Shown here one piece after another: positions 9,380-19,448 of a DNA stretch of 32,000 nt (position 1 is the first letter of the stretch; every line of letters begins with the position of its first letter). The position numbers and the translations under genes are program-made. Below the pieces are notes generated by a model. The model was not told where the DNA came from and searched no databases. It saw nothing but the letters and a program-made list of their open reading frames with translations. Location of the stretch: NCBI RefSeq assembly GCF_001457615.1, contig NZ_LN831024.1, forward strand, positions 2,220,001-2,252,000, read 5' to 3'. Source of the stretch: Pseudomonas aeruginosa. Its GTDB lineage: Bacteria; Pseudomonadota; Gammaproteobacteria; Pseudomonadales; Pseudomonadaceae.

Positions 9380-9482
9380 ATTCGCTTGTGCAGTCTTTCT
9401 TCGCCGGACCCCACGCCCTGGCGCAGCTTCCCGGGTCATCACATTTTCTTCACGCCGGCCTGCTATGCTGCCGGCCTTCCTT

Positions 9483-9642
9483 GGGGAGTAGCCTGCCGTC
9501 ACCCGTTGACGGCGCGCTGGTCAACATTCTTGGCAACCTGCCATGGCCAGCGCATCCAACCGGATTGGTGAGACCAACGACATTCCTGCGCCAAAGCCGG
9601 GCCGCGGGGTCATGTCGTTGACTCATGCCCGGCTGGAGTATC
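9483..9642 (+). promoter_or_regulatory. yybP-ykoY (manganese-sensing) riboswitch leader of mntP
   Basis: Conserved elements GGGGAGTAGCC, GGTCAACATTCTTGG and GGTGAGACCAACGAC, then GTTGACTCATGCCCGGCTGGAG containing the RBS, directly upstream of the MntP coding region. Confidence 0.85.
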
Positions 9643-9645
9643 CGC

Positions 9646-10215
9646 GTGAATCCCGTTTCCCTGATCTTCCTCGCCTTCGCCATGTCCACCGATGCCTTCG
9701 CCGCGGCCATCGGCAAGGGCTCCAGCCTGGATCGGCCGCGCCTGTCGGAGGCGCTGCGCACCGGGATAATCTTCGGCGTGATCGAGGCGATCACCCCTCT
9801 GGTCGGCTGGCTGCTTGGCCAGGCCGCCAGCCAGTTCGTCGCCGACTGGGACCACTGGATCGCCTTCGTCCTGCTGGTGCTGCTCGGCCTGCACATGATC
9901 CACAACGGCCTGCGCGCGGATCATGCGACGGAACAGGAAAAGCCCGGCCAGCATTCGTTCTGGATTCTCGCGGTGACGGCGCTGGCCACCAGCATCGACG
10001 CGCTGGCGGTGGGCGTCGGCCTGGCCTTCGTCGACGTCAACATCTTCCTCGCCGCTGGCGCCATCGGCCTGGCCACCATGACCATGGTCACCCTCGGCAC
10101 CATGCTCGGCCGGGCGCTCGGCGCAGTGACCGGCAAGCGCGCGGAGATGGTCGGCGGGGTGGTGCTGATCCTGGTCGGTGCGACCATTCTCTACGAGCAT
10201 CTCAGCGCGGCGTGA
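9646..10215 (+). CDS. mntP: Manganese efflux pump MntP
   Basis: [25 protein letters not shown]... with repeated [14 protein letters not shown]; about 189 aa, multiple TM helices. The GTG at 9646 is 7 nt after TGGAG and fits the family N-terminus better than the provided ATG at 9625. Confidence 0.92.
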
Positions 10216-10268
10216 GCGGCGCCGGAGACGGGGCGGGACAGGTCGCGGCGAGTGGGTGGGCGTTCGCT

Positions 10269-10997
10269 TCAGGCGCTTTCCCAATCGCGGATTGCCGCCA
10301 GCAGCGCCTCGCCGTCGGCGAACTCGCGGTCCGCCGGCGGCAGCGGCGGACGTGCCAGGACCAGCACCGGCAGGCCCATTTCCCGCGCCACCTGGAGCTT
10401 CGGCTCGGTGGCCTGGCTACCGCTGTTCTTGCTCACCAGCACGTCGCAGGCGAGGCGCTCGAACAACGCCCGTTCGCCATCCAGGCTGAACGGCCCGCGC
10501 GCGCCGATCACCTCGGCGCGCGGCGCGGCCGGCTGGCCTTGCAGGCAGCGCACGGTCCAGTGCTGGTGCGGCGGGACCTGGCCGAGATGCTCCAGCGGTT
10601 CGCGGCCGAGGGTGAACAGCGGACGGCGGAAGGGTGCGAGGGCGGCGATCAGCTCGCGCCAGTCGGCTACCTCGCGCCAGTCGTCGCCGGGCCCGGCCTG
10701 CCAGCCGGGCCGGCGCAGTGCCCAGCAGGGCACTCCGGCCAGTCGCGCGGCGCGCACGGCGTTCCGGCTGATCCGTGCGGCGTAGGGGTGGGTGGCGTCC
10801 ACCAGCAGGTCGAAGCCCTGCTCGTCGATGAACGCCGCCAGCCCTTCGGCGCCGCCGTAGCCGCCGACCCGGACCTGGCAGGCCAGGTCGCCGGGCACCT
10901 TGCCCAGCCCGGCGAGGCTGTAGAGATGCGCCGGGCCGAGCCGGCGGGCGAGGGCCAGGGCCTCGCCGATCCCGCCGAGCAGCAACAGGCGTTTCAT
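10269..10997 (-). CDS. cobK: Precorrin-6A reductase
   Basis: 242 aa: [21 protein letters not shown]...[27 protein letters not shown]...VLVSKNSGS; start overlaps the cbiD stop by 4 nt. Confidence 0.9.
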   Translation of the reverse strand: MKRLLLLGGIGEALALARRLGPAHLYSLAGLGKVPGDLACQVRVGGYGGAEGLAAFIDEQGFDLLVDATHPYAARISRNAVRAARLAGVPCWALRRPGWQAGPGDDWREVADWRELIAALAPFRRPLFTLGREPLEHLGQVPPHQHWTVRCLQGQPAAPRAEVIGARGPFSLDGERALFERLACDVLVSKNSGSQATEPKLQVAREMGLPVLVLARPPLPPADREFADGEALLAAIRDWESA

Positions 10998-12094
10998 CGG
11001 CGCTCCTCGCAGGCCTGGCCGACCAGGTTGCCCTGGCGGTCGATGGCGAAGACTTCCAGCGCCACCTCGGTGGGCACGATGCCGCGGGCGAAGCGCAGGG
11101 CGTGGGCGCAGACCGCATCGCCCAGGGCCACGCCTTCGGCGTGTGCCTGGGCCAGCGCCTGCTGGCTGGTGTTGGCGGCGCGCATGCAGTCCTGTAGCGC
11201 GGCGCTGGCGCCGAGCGCGGCAGCCCAGCCGGCCAGTTGCGGCAGGTCGATGCTGGAGTGGCGGCTGTGCAGGTCGAGGTGGCCGCCGGCGAGCTTGCTG
11301 ATCTTGCCGAAGCCGCCGCACAGGCTGAGCTTTTCCACCGGTGCCTTGCGCAGGTGCTTGAGCACCGCGCCGGCGAAGTCGCCCATCTCGATCAGGGCGA
11401 TCTCCGGCAGCCCATAGCGCCGGCGCATGGCGTCCTCGCTGGCGTTGCCGGTACAGGCGGCGATGTGACGGACGCCGTTGGCGCGAGCGACATCGATGCC
11501 CTGATGGATCGAGGCGATATAGGCCGAGCAGGAGAACGGCCGGACGATGCCGCTGGTGCCGAGGATCGACAGCCCGCCGAGGATGCCCAGGCGCGGGTTC
11601 ATGGTCTTCAGCGCCAGCTCGGCGCCGCCCTCCACGCCGATGGCGACCTCGAAGCCGCCGGCGTAGCCCCGTTCGGCGGCGAGCTGGGCGAGGTGGCGTT
11701 CGATCATCTGTCGCGGCACCGGATTGATCGCCGGCTCGCCGACCGCCAGGGTCAGCCCTGGGCGGGTCACCGTACCGACCCCGGGGCCGGCATGGAAGCG
11801 CACGCCAGGCTCGGCGCCCAGGCGCACCCGGGCGAACACCAGGGCGCCGTGGGTGACGTCGGGATCGTCGCCGGCATCCTTGAGGGTGCCGGCTTCCGCG
11901 CCGTTTTCCCAGGCGCGGCAGAATTCCAGGCGCATCAGCACCTGCTGGCCCTTGGGCAGGACGATCTGCACCGCGTCGCTGGTCGTGCCGCCCAGCAGCA
12001 GGCGCGCCGCCGCCAGGCTGGTGGCGGTGGCGCAACTGCCGGTGGTGTAGCCGCTGCGCAACGGCGCGGGCTGCTCGGGGGTTTCCTCACGCAT
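10994..12094 (-). CDS. cbiD: Cobalt-precorrin-5B (C1)-methyltransferase CbiD
   Basis: 366 aa: [25 protein letters not shown]... and [19 protein letters not shown], diagnostic of CbiD. Confidence 0.93.
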   Translation of the reverse strand: MREETPEQPAPLRSGYTTGSCATATSLAAARLLLGGTTSDAVQIVLPKGQQVLMRLEFCRAWENGAEAGTLKDAGDDPDVTHGALVFARVRLGAEPGVRFHAGPGVGTVTRPGLTLAVGEPAINPVPRQMIERHLAQLAAERGYAGGFEVAIGVEGGAELALKTMNPRLGILGGLSILGTSGIVRPFSCSAYIASIHQGIDVARANGVRHIAACTGNASEDAMRRRYGLPEIALIEMGDFAGAVLKHLRKAPVEKLSLCGGFGKISKLAGGHLDLHSRHSSIDLPQLAGWAAALGASAALQDCMRAANTSQQALAQAHAEGVALGDAVCAHALRFARGIVPTEVALEVFAIDRQGNLVGQACEERR

Positions 12095-13334
12095 CGCGGG
12101 GAGGCTTCCTGGCGGCGGGTTTGCGCAATTCCAGCAGAGTGATCGGCAAGGCCTGGCGCCAGGTATCGAAACCGCCCAGCGGTCGCGCGTGGGCGACGCC
12201 GAGGCGGGTGAGGTTGCCCCCCAGGCGTTGCTGCCAGTCGAGCAGCACCCGTTCGCTCTGCAGGGTGACCGCGTTGGCGAGCAGGCGGCCGCCGGGCCGC
12301 AGGCGCTCCCAGCAGGTTTCCAGCACGCCCTCGGCGGTGACCCCGCCGCCGATGAAGATGGCGTCCGGCTCGGGCAGTTCCAGCAGCGCCTCCGGGGCGC
12401 TGCCGGCGACCAGGTGCAGGGACGGTACGCCGAGGGCGTCGCGGTTGTGGCGGATATGTTCCTGGCGCTCGTCGTTGGCTTCGATGGCGATCGCCCGGCA
12501 ACTGGGGTGCGCGCGCATCCATTCGATGCCGATGGAGCCGCAGCCGGCGCCGACGTCCCAGAGCAGCTCGCCGGGGCAGGGCGCCAGGCGCGCCAGGGTC
12601 ACGGCGCGGACGTCGCGCTTGGTCAACTGGCCGTCGTGGCGATAGGCTTCGTCGGCCAGGCCCGGGGTCAGCGGCAGGCGCACGGCGCCGGTGCCGGCGC
12701 GGCATTCCACCGCCACCAGGTTGAGATCGGCGGCGCGCGGCAGCGACCAGTCGCCGGCGAGGCCGTCGAGACGGCGCTCGAGCGGCCCGCCGAGGTGTTC
12801 CAGCACGCTCAGGCGACTGGCGCCGAAGCCACGGGCGCTCAACAGGCGGGCGATGGCGGCCGGGCTGTCGCCGTCGTTGCTGAGGACCAGCAGGCGCCGG
12901 CCGTCGTGGACCTGTGCCTGCAGCGCCGCCAGCGGACGCGCCACCAGTGACAGGCAGGCGACTTCCTGCAGGGCCCAGCCGAGGCGGGCGGCGGCCAGCG
13001 AGAGGGAGGAGGGCGCCGGCAGGACCCGCAGTTCGGTCGCCGGCAGTTGCCGGGCGAGACTGGCGCCGACGCCGAACAGCATCGGGTCGCCGCTGGCCAG
13101 CACGCAGGTCGGCTGGCCGCGCCGGGCCAGCAATGGTTCCAGGGAGAACGGCGTCGGCCAGGTTTCGCGGGCGGCGCCGATGCACGGCGGCAGCAGTTCC
13201 AGCTGGCGCGCCGCGCCGACGATCCGGCTGGCTTGCAGCAGGGCACGCCGGGCCTGCTTGCCGAGGCCGGGATAACCGTCCTCGCCGATGCCCACCAGGG
13301 TCAGCCAGGGCGGCGTCGAGTCTGCCGATGACAC
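12087..13334 (-). CDS. cobL: Precorrin-6Y C5,15-methyltransferase (decarboxylating), CbiE-CbiT fusion
   Basis: 415 aa: N-terminal tetrapyrrole methylase domain ([22 protein letters not shown]) plus C-terminal SAM methyltransferase domain ([24 protein letters not shown]). Confidence 0.93.
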   Translation of the reverse strand: MSSADSTPPWLTLVGIGEDGYPGLGKQARRALLQASRIVGAARQLELLPPCIGAARETWPTPFSLEPLLARRGQPTCVLASGDPMLFGVGASLARQLPATELRVLPAPSSLSLAAARLGWALQEVACLSLVARPLAALQAQVHDGRRLLVLSNDGDSPAAIARLLSARGFGASRLSVLEHLGGPLERRLDGLAGDWSLPRAADLNLVAVECRAGTGAVRLPLTPGLADEAYRHDGQLTKRDVRAVTLARLAPCPGELLWDVGAGCGSIGIEWMRAHPSCRAIAIEANDERQEHIRHNRDALGVPSLHLVAGSAPEALLELPEPDAIFIGGGVTAEGVLETCWERLRPGGRLLANAVTLQSERVLLDWQQRLGGNLTRLGVAHARPLGGFDTWRQALPITLLELRKPAARKPPRDA

Positions 13335-13459
13335 GGTTCCGATACTCCTGAAATGCGTCTGTGAAGGGCCCGCGACGGCTTCCGGACGGAATGGGTTTTC
13401 CCGGCCCCGGGCTGGGCGGCATAATAGCGCGTTCGTCGGTGCCCGGCCCTTTCGCGTTA

Positions 13460-13660
13460 GCGCGGGGCCAACGAGGGCCGAAGAGGGAACACGGAGCCGC
13501 GGTCTTTTCGAAGCCCGGGCCTAGCCGTGGCTGCCCCCGCAACTGTATGCAGCCTGTATTCGCGCCATTCGCCACTGGATTACCGGGAAGGCGGCGCGAA
13601 GCGGAGGTTCCTCCCCCGGGTGGAACGCCGGGCTGCGAGCCAGGAGACCTGCCGCCGAAA
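13460..13660 (+). promoter_or_regulatory. Cobalamin riboswitch upstream of cobG-cobH-cobI-cobJ
   Basis: AAGAGGGAACACGGAGCCG, GGCTGCCCCCGCAACTGTA, GCCACTG (13571-13577), CCGGGAAGGCGGC, GCGAGCCAGGAGACCTGCC: canonical Cbl riboswitch blocks in correct order and spacing. Confidence 0.95.
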
Positions 13661-13760
13661 CCAGTCGCGAGTGCCAACATCGGGCGGGGTGTACCGATGC
13701 CGTGGTCTGTCCCTGGGGGACAGCGGTGCGGTCGCCGCGACGCCGATTCGAGTAGCGTTT

Positions 13761-15131
13761 TTGAACGACGACCAGACCCCGGCGCCCCTGCCCGTACCAC
13801 GTCCGTCGCCCTGTCCCGGCCTGCTGCGTATCGTCCAGGCGCTGGACGGCGGCATCTGCCGCATCAAGCTCGACGCCGGCCGCCTGGACGCCGCCCAGGC
13901 ACGCGCCGTGGCGGCCGCGGCGCGGGATTGCGCCAGCGGCGTGATCGAGGCGACCAACCGTTCCAACCTGCAATTGCGCGGCGTCCGTCGCGGCGAGGAA
14001 GAGCGGCTTGTCCGCCGCCTGCTGGACGCCGGCCTCGGTCCCCGGCATGGGTCCCTGGCCGGCGCCGACGACGTGCGCAACCTGATGCTCAGCCCGGCCG
14101 CCGGGCTCGATCCGCACCTGTCGCTGGACGTGCGCCCGCTGGCCGCTCGGCTGTTGCTGCGGCTCCAGGCGGACAGCCGCTACCACGCGCTGTCGGCCAA
14201 GTTCGCCATCCAGCTGGACGGCGGCGAAGACCTGGCGATGCTCGAACATCCCCATGACATTTGGCTCTCGCCGATGCCCGCGGCGCCGACCGCGACGCTG
14301 GTCTTCGGACTCGCCGGCTGCCCGGCCCGCGACCGCCCCCTGGCGGCGTTGCCGGCGGAGCGGGGCGAGTCCCTGGTGCTGGCGTTGCTCGACCTGTTCC
14401 TCGAGCGCGCCCAGCCGCAACAGACGCGGATGCGCCACCTGTTGCAGGAGCTGGACGGAGAACCCTTGCTGGAGGCCTTGCAGGCGCGCCTGGATTTCCC
14501 TCTGCGGCGTGACGAGCGGGTGGCGGCCTGGCGGCGTTCGCCGGGGCGTCCGTGGAGTCATCTCGGCGTCCAGCCGCAACGCCAGCCGGGCCTGGTGATG
14601 GTCGGCGCGGCGGCGCCGCTCGGCCGGCTCGACAGCGCTTGCCTGGAAGGCCTGGCCGAGCTGGTCGAACGCCATGGCGACGGCAGCCTGCGCCTGACCC
14701 CCTGGCAAGGCGTGCTCCTGCCGAACCTGGCGCATGCCGAGGCCGACCAGGCGCTGCTCGGCCTGCGCGGACTCGGCCTGCTGACCGAGCCCGATGCGCC
14801 GTTGGCGCGGCTGATCGCCTGCAGCGGTTCCAGCGCCTGCGCCAGAGGCCTGGCCGACACCAAGGGCGACGCCTTGCGCCTGGCCGAACGCCTCGGCCCG
14901 CGCAGCGACCTGCCGCAACTGCACCTGTGCGGCTGCGAACGGTCCTGCGCCGCCGCCCACCGCGCGCCGCTCACCCTGCTGGCGCGCAGCGGCGGGTTCT
15001 ACGACCTGTACCGGCACGACCCATGTCACCCCGGATTCGGCCAGTTGCTGGCCAGCCGCCTGACTTTCGCCACGGCCGCCGACTACCTGGCGGCCCTGCC
15101 TTCCCAGCCCACTTCCGGAAAACCCGCATGA
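13761..15131 (+). CDS. cobG: CobG-like precorrin-3B synthase / nitrite-sulfite reductase-type oxidoreductase
   Basis: [4Fe-4S]/siroheme-type cysteines (IACSGSSACARG ... LHLCGCERSCAAAH). The provided ORF start (13527) lies inside the riboswitch, so the true start must be downstream; TTG at 13761 (LNDDQTPAPL) is a plausible but unconfirmed start. Confidence 0.85.
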   Translation: MNDDQTPAPLPVPRPSPCPGLLRIVQALDGGICRIKLDAGRLDAAQARAVAAAARDCASGVIEATNRSNLQLRGVRRGEEERLVRRLLDAGLGPRHGSLAGADDVRNLMLSPAAGLDPHLSLDVRPLAARLLLRLQADSRYHALSAKFAIQLDGGEDLAMLEHPHDIWLSPMPAAPTATLVFGLAGCPARDRPLAALPAERGESLVLALLDLFLERAQPQQTRMRHLLQELDGEPLLEALQARLDFPLRRDERVAAWRRSPGRPWSHLGVQPQRQPGLVMVGAAAPLGRLDSACLEGLAELVERHGDGSLRLTPWQGVLLPNLAHAEADQALLGLRGLGLLTEPDAPLARLIACSGSSACARGLADTKGDALRLAERLGPRSDLPQLHLCGCERSCAAAHRAPLTLLARSGGFYDLYRHDPCHPGFGQLLASRLTFATAADYLAALPSQPTSGKPA

Positions 15132-15754
15132 TTGACTACATCCGCGATGGCCAGGCGATCTATCGCCAGTCGTTCGCCACCATCCGCGCCGAAGCGAACC
15201 TCGCCGGCATCCCGGCCGACCTTGAAAAGCTCGCGGTCAGGGTGATCCACGCCTGCGGCATGGTCGACGTGGTCGACGACCTGCGCTTCTCGCCCGGCGC
15301 CGGCGCCGCCGGCCGCGCCGCGCTGGCCGCCGGCGCGGCGATCCTCTGCGACGCGCGGATGGTCGCCGAAGGCGTGACCCGCTCGCGGCTGCCCGCCGCC
15401 AACCGGGTGATCTGCACCCTCAACGAAGCGGACGTGCCGGCGCTCGCCACGGAACTCGGCAATACCCGCTCGGCGGTGGCCCTGGAGCACTGGCGCGAGC
15501 ACCTGGAGGGCAGCGTGGTGGTGATCGGCAACGCGCCGACCGCGCTGTTCTACCTGCTGGAAATGCTCGACGCCGGCGCGCCGAAACCGGCGCTGATCCT
15601 GGGCTTTCCGGTCGGCTTCGTCGGCGCCGCGGAATCCAAGGAGATGCTCGCCGCCGATAGCCGCGGGGTGCCCTACGTGATCGTCCGCGGTCGCCGTGGC
15701 GGCAGCGCCATGGCCGCCGCGGCGGTGAACGCCCTGGCCACGGAGCGCGAATGA
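15128..15754 (+). CDS. cobH: Precorrin-8X methylmutase
   Basis: 208 aa: [25 protein letters not shown]...[22 protein letters not shown]...[14 protein letters not shown]...[14 protein letters not shown]; start overlaps the cobG stop (ATGA). Confidence 0.95.
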   Translation: MIDYIRDGQAIYRQSFATIRAEANLAGIPADLEKLAVRVIHACGMVDVVDDLRFSPGAGAAGRAALAAGAAILCDARMVAEGVTRSRLPAANRVICTLNEADVPALATELGNTRSAVALEHWREHLEGSVVVIGNAPTALFYLLEMLDAGAPKPALILGFPVGFVGAAESKEMLAADSRGVPYVIVRGRRGGSAMAAAAVNALATERE

Positions 15755-16503
15755 TGAGTGTCGTGAAGGGCCGCCTGCTGGGCCTGGGCGTCGGGCCCGG
15801 CGATCCCGAACTGATCACCCTCAAGGCCCTGCGCCTGCTGCGCGCGGCGCCGGTGGTCGGCTATTTCGTGGCCAAGGGCAAGAAGGGCAACGCCTTCGGC
15901 ATCATCGAGGCGCACCTGGACCAGGCCCAGGTGCGCCTGCCGCTGGTCTATCCGGTGACCACCGAGAAGCTGGAACCGCCGCTGTGCTACGAGACCATCA
16001 TCAGCGATTTCTACGACACCGCCGCCGAACAGCTGGCCGCGCACCTGGACGCCGGCCGCGACGTGGCGGTGATCTGCGAGGGCGACCCGTTCTTCTACGG
16101 TTCCTACATGTACCTGCACGACCGCCTGGCGATGCGCTACGAAAGCGAAGTGGTGCCTGGCGTCTGCTCGATGCTCGGCGGCGCGGCGGTGCTCGGTGCG
16201 CCGCTGGTGTACCGCAACCAGAGCCTCTCGGTGCTCTCCGGAGTGCTGCCCGAGGAGGAGTTGCGCCGGCGCCTGGCGGATGCCGACGCGGCGGTGGTGA
16301 TGAAGCTCGGCCGCAATTTCGACAAGGTCCGCCGCGTGCTGGTCGAGCTTGGCCTCGAGCGCCGCGCGCTGTACGTTGAGCGGGCGACCATGGCCAACCA
16401 GCGGATCGTGCCGTTGGAACGGGTGGAGCCGATGGCCTCGCCGTACTTCTCGCTGATCGTCGTCCCCGGCGACAAGTGGCAGGGAGGGGCCGGCGGTGAG
16501 TGA
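15751..16503 (+). CDS. cobI: Precorrin-2 C20-methyltransferase
   Basis: 250 aa; [22 protein letters not shown] and [14 protein letters not shown], typical of CobI/CbiL. Overlaps the cobH stop. Confidence 0.94.
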   Translation: MMSVVKGRLLGLGVGPGDPELITLKALRLLRAAPVVGYFVAKGKKGNAFGIIEAHLDQAQVRLPLVYPVTTEKLEPPLCYETIISDFYDTAAEQLAAHLDAGRDVAVICEGDPFFYGSYMYLHDRLAMRYESEVVPGVCSMLGGAAVLGAPLVYRNQSLSVLSGVLPEEELRRRLADADAAVVMKLGRNFDKVRRVLVELGLERRALYVERATMANQRIVPLERVEPMASPYFSLIVVPGDKWQGGAGGE

Positions 16504-18174
16504 CGCCCAGCAGGTTCCGGCCATCGTCATCCTCGGCCAGGGCGCGCTGGATACCGCGCGGCGGGTCCAGGCGCTCTATCCCGGGGCGCTGGTCCACGGG
16601 CTCGCCGGGCGGGTCGAGGCCGACCGTTCCTATACGGACTTCGGCGACACCCTGCGCGAACTGTATTGCGCCGACCGCCCGATCGTCGCCCTGTGCGCCG
16701 CCGGCATCGTCATTCGCAGCCTGGCGCCGTTGTTGCAACGCAAGGGAGCGGAGCCGCCGGTGCTGGCCCTGGCCGAGGACGGCAGCGCGGTGGTGCCGCT
16801 GCTCGGCGGGCTGGCCGGGGTCAACCGGCTGGCGCGGGAAATCGGCGAGGTGCTGGCCGTGGCGCCGGCGATCACCACCAGCGGCGAGCTGCGCTTCGGC
16901 ACCTGCGTGCTCAACCCGCCCGCCGGTTATGTCCTGGCCGACCTGGAGCAGGGCAAGCGCTTCGTTGCCGATTTGCTCGGTGGCCAGCCGGTGCGCGTCG
17001 AGGGTGCCGCCGGCTGGCTCGACGCGGCCCGTTTGCCGCGCGACCCGGAGGCAGCGCTGGCGATTCACGTAACGCCCTCGGCGCGTGCGCCGCGGGCCGA
17101 GGAACTGCTGATCCATCCGCGCTGCGTGCTGGCGGCGCTCGAACCTGCCGACGCGGCGGCGGACGCGGTGCGCCAGGCGCTGGTCGATGCCGGCCTGGCC
17201 GCGGCGGCGCTCGGCGGCTTGCTGGCCGACAGCGCGCGGATGGCCGATCCGCGCCTGCAGGCCGCCGCCGATGCGCTCGGCGTACCGCTGCGCTTCCTGC
17301 CGCAGGCCGATCCCGCTGCGCGCCTGCGCCAGGCCTTGCCCGCCGCCGAGCAGGTCGGCGACCGGCTGGCGGTGGCCGCCGCGCCCTTGGCGATGGACCG
17401 CATCGGCCAGCGTCGCGGCCGACTCACAGTGATCGGCCTGGGGCCCGGCTGCGCCGAGCTGATGGTGCCTGCGGCGCGGCGGGCACTGGACGAGGCCGAG
17501 GACATCCTCGGCTACCAGACCTACGTCGACATGGCCGGACCCTTCCGCGCCGGACAGGTGCTGCATGGCAGCGACAACCGCGAGGAATTGCAGCGCGCCC
17601 GGCATGCCTTCGAACTGGCGGCGACAGGCAGGGCGGTGGTGCTGGTATCGTCCGGCGACCCCGGCGTGTTCGCCATGGCCGCCGCGGTGCTGGAAGCCCT
17701 GCATGGCGCTGGCGAGCCGGCCTGGGACGCGGTCGAGCTGCGGATCTTCCCTGGCGTCTCGGCGGCCCTGGCCACCGCGGCCAGGGCGGGGCGCCTCTGG
17801 GCCACGATTTCTGCGTGCTGTCGCTGTCCGACAACCTCAAGCCCTGGGAGGTGATCGAGCGGCGCCTGGACCTGGCCGGCGCCGCCGACCTGGCGATGGC
17901 TTTCTACAATCCGATCTCGCGGGCGCGGCCCTGGCAACTGGGACGGGCGCTGGAGATCGTCGCCCGCCATCGTTCGCCGCAGACCCTGGTGGTGCTCGGT
18001 CGCGACATCGGGCGGCCCGGTGAGCGCCTGCTGCGCACCACCCTGGGCGAGCTGCGTGCGGAGCAGGTGGACATGCGCACCCTGGTGATCATCGGCTCGT
18101 CCACTACCCGCAGCTTCCCGCGCGCCGACGGCGAAGCCTGGGTCTACACGCCGCGCTGGTACCCATCGGAATAG
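16496..18174 (+). CDS. cobJ: CbiG-CobJ fusion (precorrin-3B C17-methyltransferase), apparently interrupted by a 1-nt frameshift near 17785-17800
   Basis: GTG start at 16496 ([19 protein letters not shown]). N-terminal CbiG-like domain, then CobJ methylase domain ([22 protein letters not shown]...[10 protein letters not shown]). Homology-like sequence moves from frame 2 (ending 17854) to frame 1 (...[26 protein letters not shown]..., ending 18174). Confidence 0.88.
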
Positions 18175-18243
18175 CGGGGCGGGAGCGCGCGCGGAAATGT
18201 GGCAGACTGCTGCGCGCATCCCTGTACCGCGGAGCCTGAATCC

Positions 18244-19092
18244 ATGTCCTTTCGCTGTTCCCCGTGCCGCCTGGCCGGCATCCTGCTGGCGGCGCTGTTC
18301 GTTCCGGGGCTGGCCGCGGCGGCCGGCTCCTGCGAGCGCCTGGTGGCCACCGGCAACCCGGAGTACCCACCCTACCTGTGGCGCGACCCGCAGGATCCGA
18401 AGCGCCTGATCGGAGCCAATGCCGACCTGTTGCAGCGCCTGGGCAAGGAGCTCGGCGTGCGCATCGACGTGCTCTACAGCGGCTCCTGGGAGAGGGCCCA
18501 GGAAGAGGTGACCAGCGGTCGCGCCGACCTGCTCGCCGGGGCCTACCTGACCCTGGCACGGCTCGGCAGCATGGACTATGTGCATCCGCCGTTCCTGATG
18601 ACCAGCGGGGTGGTCTGGGTGAACAAGGACGCCGCGTTCCCGTTCATCGGCCGCGACGACCTGATCGGGCACAAGGGCAGCGTGCTGGCCGGCAGCAGCC
18701 TGGGCGAGGAGTTCGACCGCTTCGCCAAGGCCAGTCTCGACCTGAAGCCGGTGCCGAGCCTGACCCAGGGCTTGCAGGACCTGATGCTCAAGCGCAGCGA
18801 GTTCCTCCTCTACCAGGCGTTGCCCGGGCAGGCCCAGGTCGAGGCGCTGGGCATGGCCGACGACCTGGAGGCGCTGGAACCGGTGCTGAGCAGCGAGGGG
18901 CTGTACCTGACGCTGTCGCACAACTCCGCCTGCAACGATCCGTGGCTGCGCGGACAACTGGCGAAAAAGATGACAGAATTGTCGGCTGCCGGCGTTCCCG
19001 TAACGCTCTTGCAGGACAATCTCGAACGCTGGAAAGCCCAGCAATTGCCGGCTTCCGGCGCCAGTTCGACTACGCAGGAAAGTGACTTGTGA
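18244..19092 (+). CDS. Periplasmic substrate-binding domain protein (SBP family 3-like)
   Basis: ATG at 18244; signal peptide MSFRCSPCRLAGILLAALFVPGLAAAA; NPEYPPYLWRD...LIGANADLLQRLGKELGVRIDVL...GRADLLAGAYLT; C-terminal part of ORF 18199..19092. Confidence 0.85.
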   Translation: MSFRCSPCRLAGILLAALFVPGLAAAAGSCERLVATGNPEYPPYLWRDPQDPKRLIGANADLLQRLGKELGVRIDVLYSGSWERAQEEVTSGRADLLAGAYLTLARLGSMDYVHPPFLMTSGVVWVNKDAAFPFIGRDDLIGHKGSVLAGSSLGEEFDRFAKASLDLKPVPSLTQGLQDLMLKRSEFLLYQALPGQAQVEALGMADDLEALEPVLSSEGLYLTLSHNSACNDPWLRGQLAKKMTELSAAGVPVTLLQDNLERWKAQQLPASGASSTTQESDL

Positions 19093-19448
19093 GCATTCGA
19101 TGGATGATGGCCGCAGGCCTCGCCGCGCTGACCCTGAGCGGTTGTGCGAGCAACGACCCGGCTCCGCTGGAGCAGATGCGCCTGACCGAACAGGCGCTGG
19201 AGCAGGCCAAGGCGGTGGGTGCCACCGACGACGTGGCCGAGCTGAAACTGGCCCAGGACAAGTACGCCGCGGCGCAGATCGCGATGACCGCGGAGTCCTA
19301 CAAGAAGGCGCGCCTGTTGGCCGAGCAGGCCGAGCTGGACGCACGCCTCGCCGAGTCCAAGGTGCTGACGCAGAAGAGCAAGGACCAGCTCGGCGAGCTG
19401 GACAAGAGCCTGAAACGTCTGCGCAAGCAACTGGGGGAGACCGACTGA
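19089..19448 (+). CDS. DUF4398-type lipoprotein
   Basis: 119 aa, GTG start overlapping the previous stop; lipobox LTLSGCAS; Ala/Lys/Glu-rich helical YKKARLLAEQAELDARLAESK. Confidence 0.8.
   Translation: MSIRWMMAAGLAALTLSGCASNDPAPLEQMRLTEQALEQAKAVGATDDVAELKLAQDKYAAAQIAMTAESYKKARLLAEQAELDARLAESKVLTQKSKDQLGELDKSLKRLRKQLGETD

Noticed and set aside
11935-13800. 621-aa ORF on - strand, out of frame through cobL and the riboswitch region
   Set aside because: Pro/Arg/Gly-rich alternate frame; cobL (12087..13334) explains the coding signal.
13521-15029. 502-aa ORF on - strand
   Set aside because: Antisense to cobG and through the Cbl riboswitch; no motifs.
16001-17704. 567-aa ORF on - strand
   Set aside because: Antisense to cobI/cobJ; shadow ORF.
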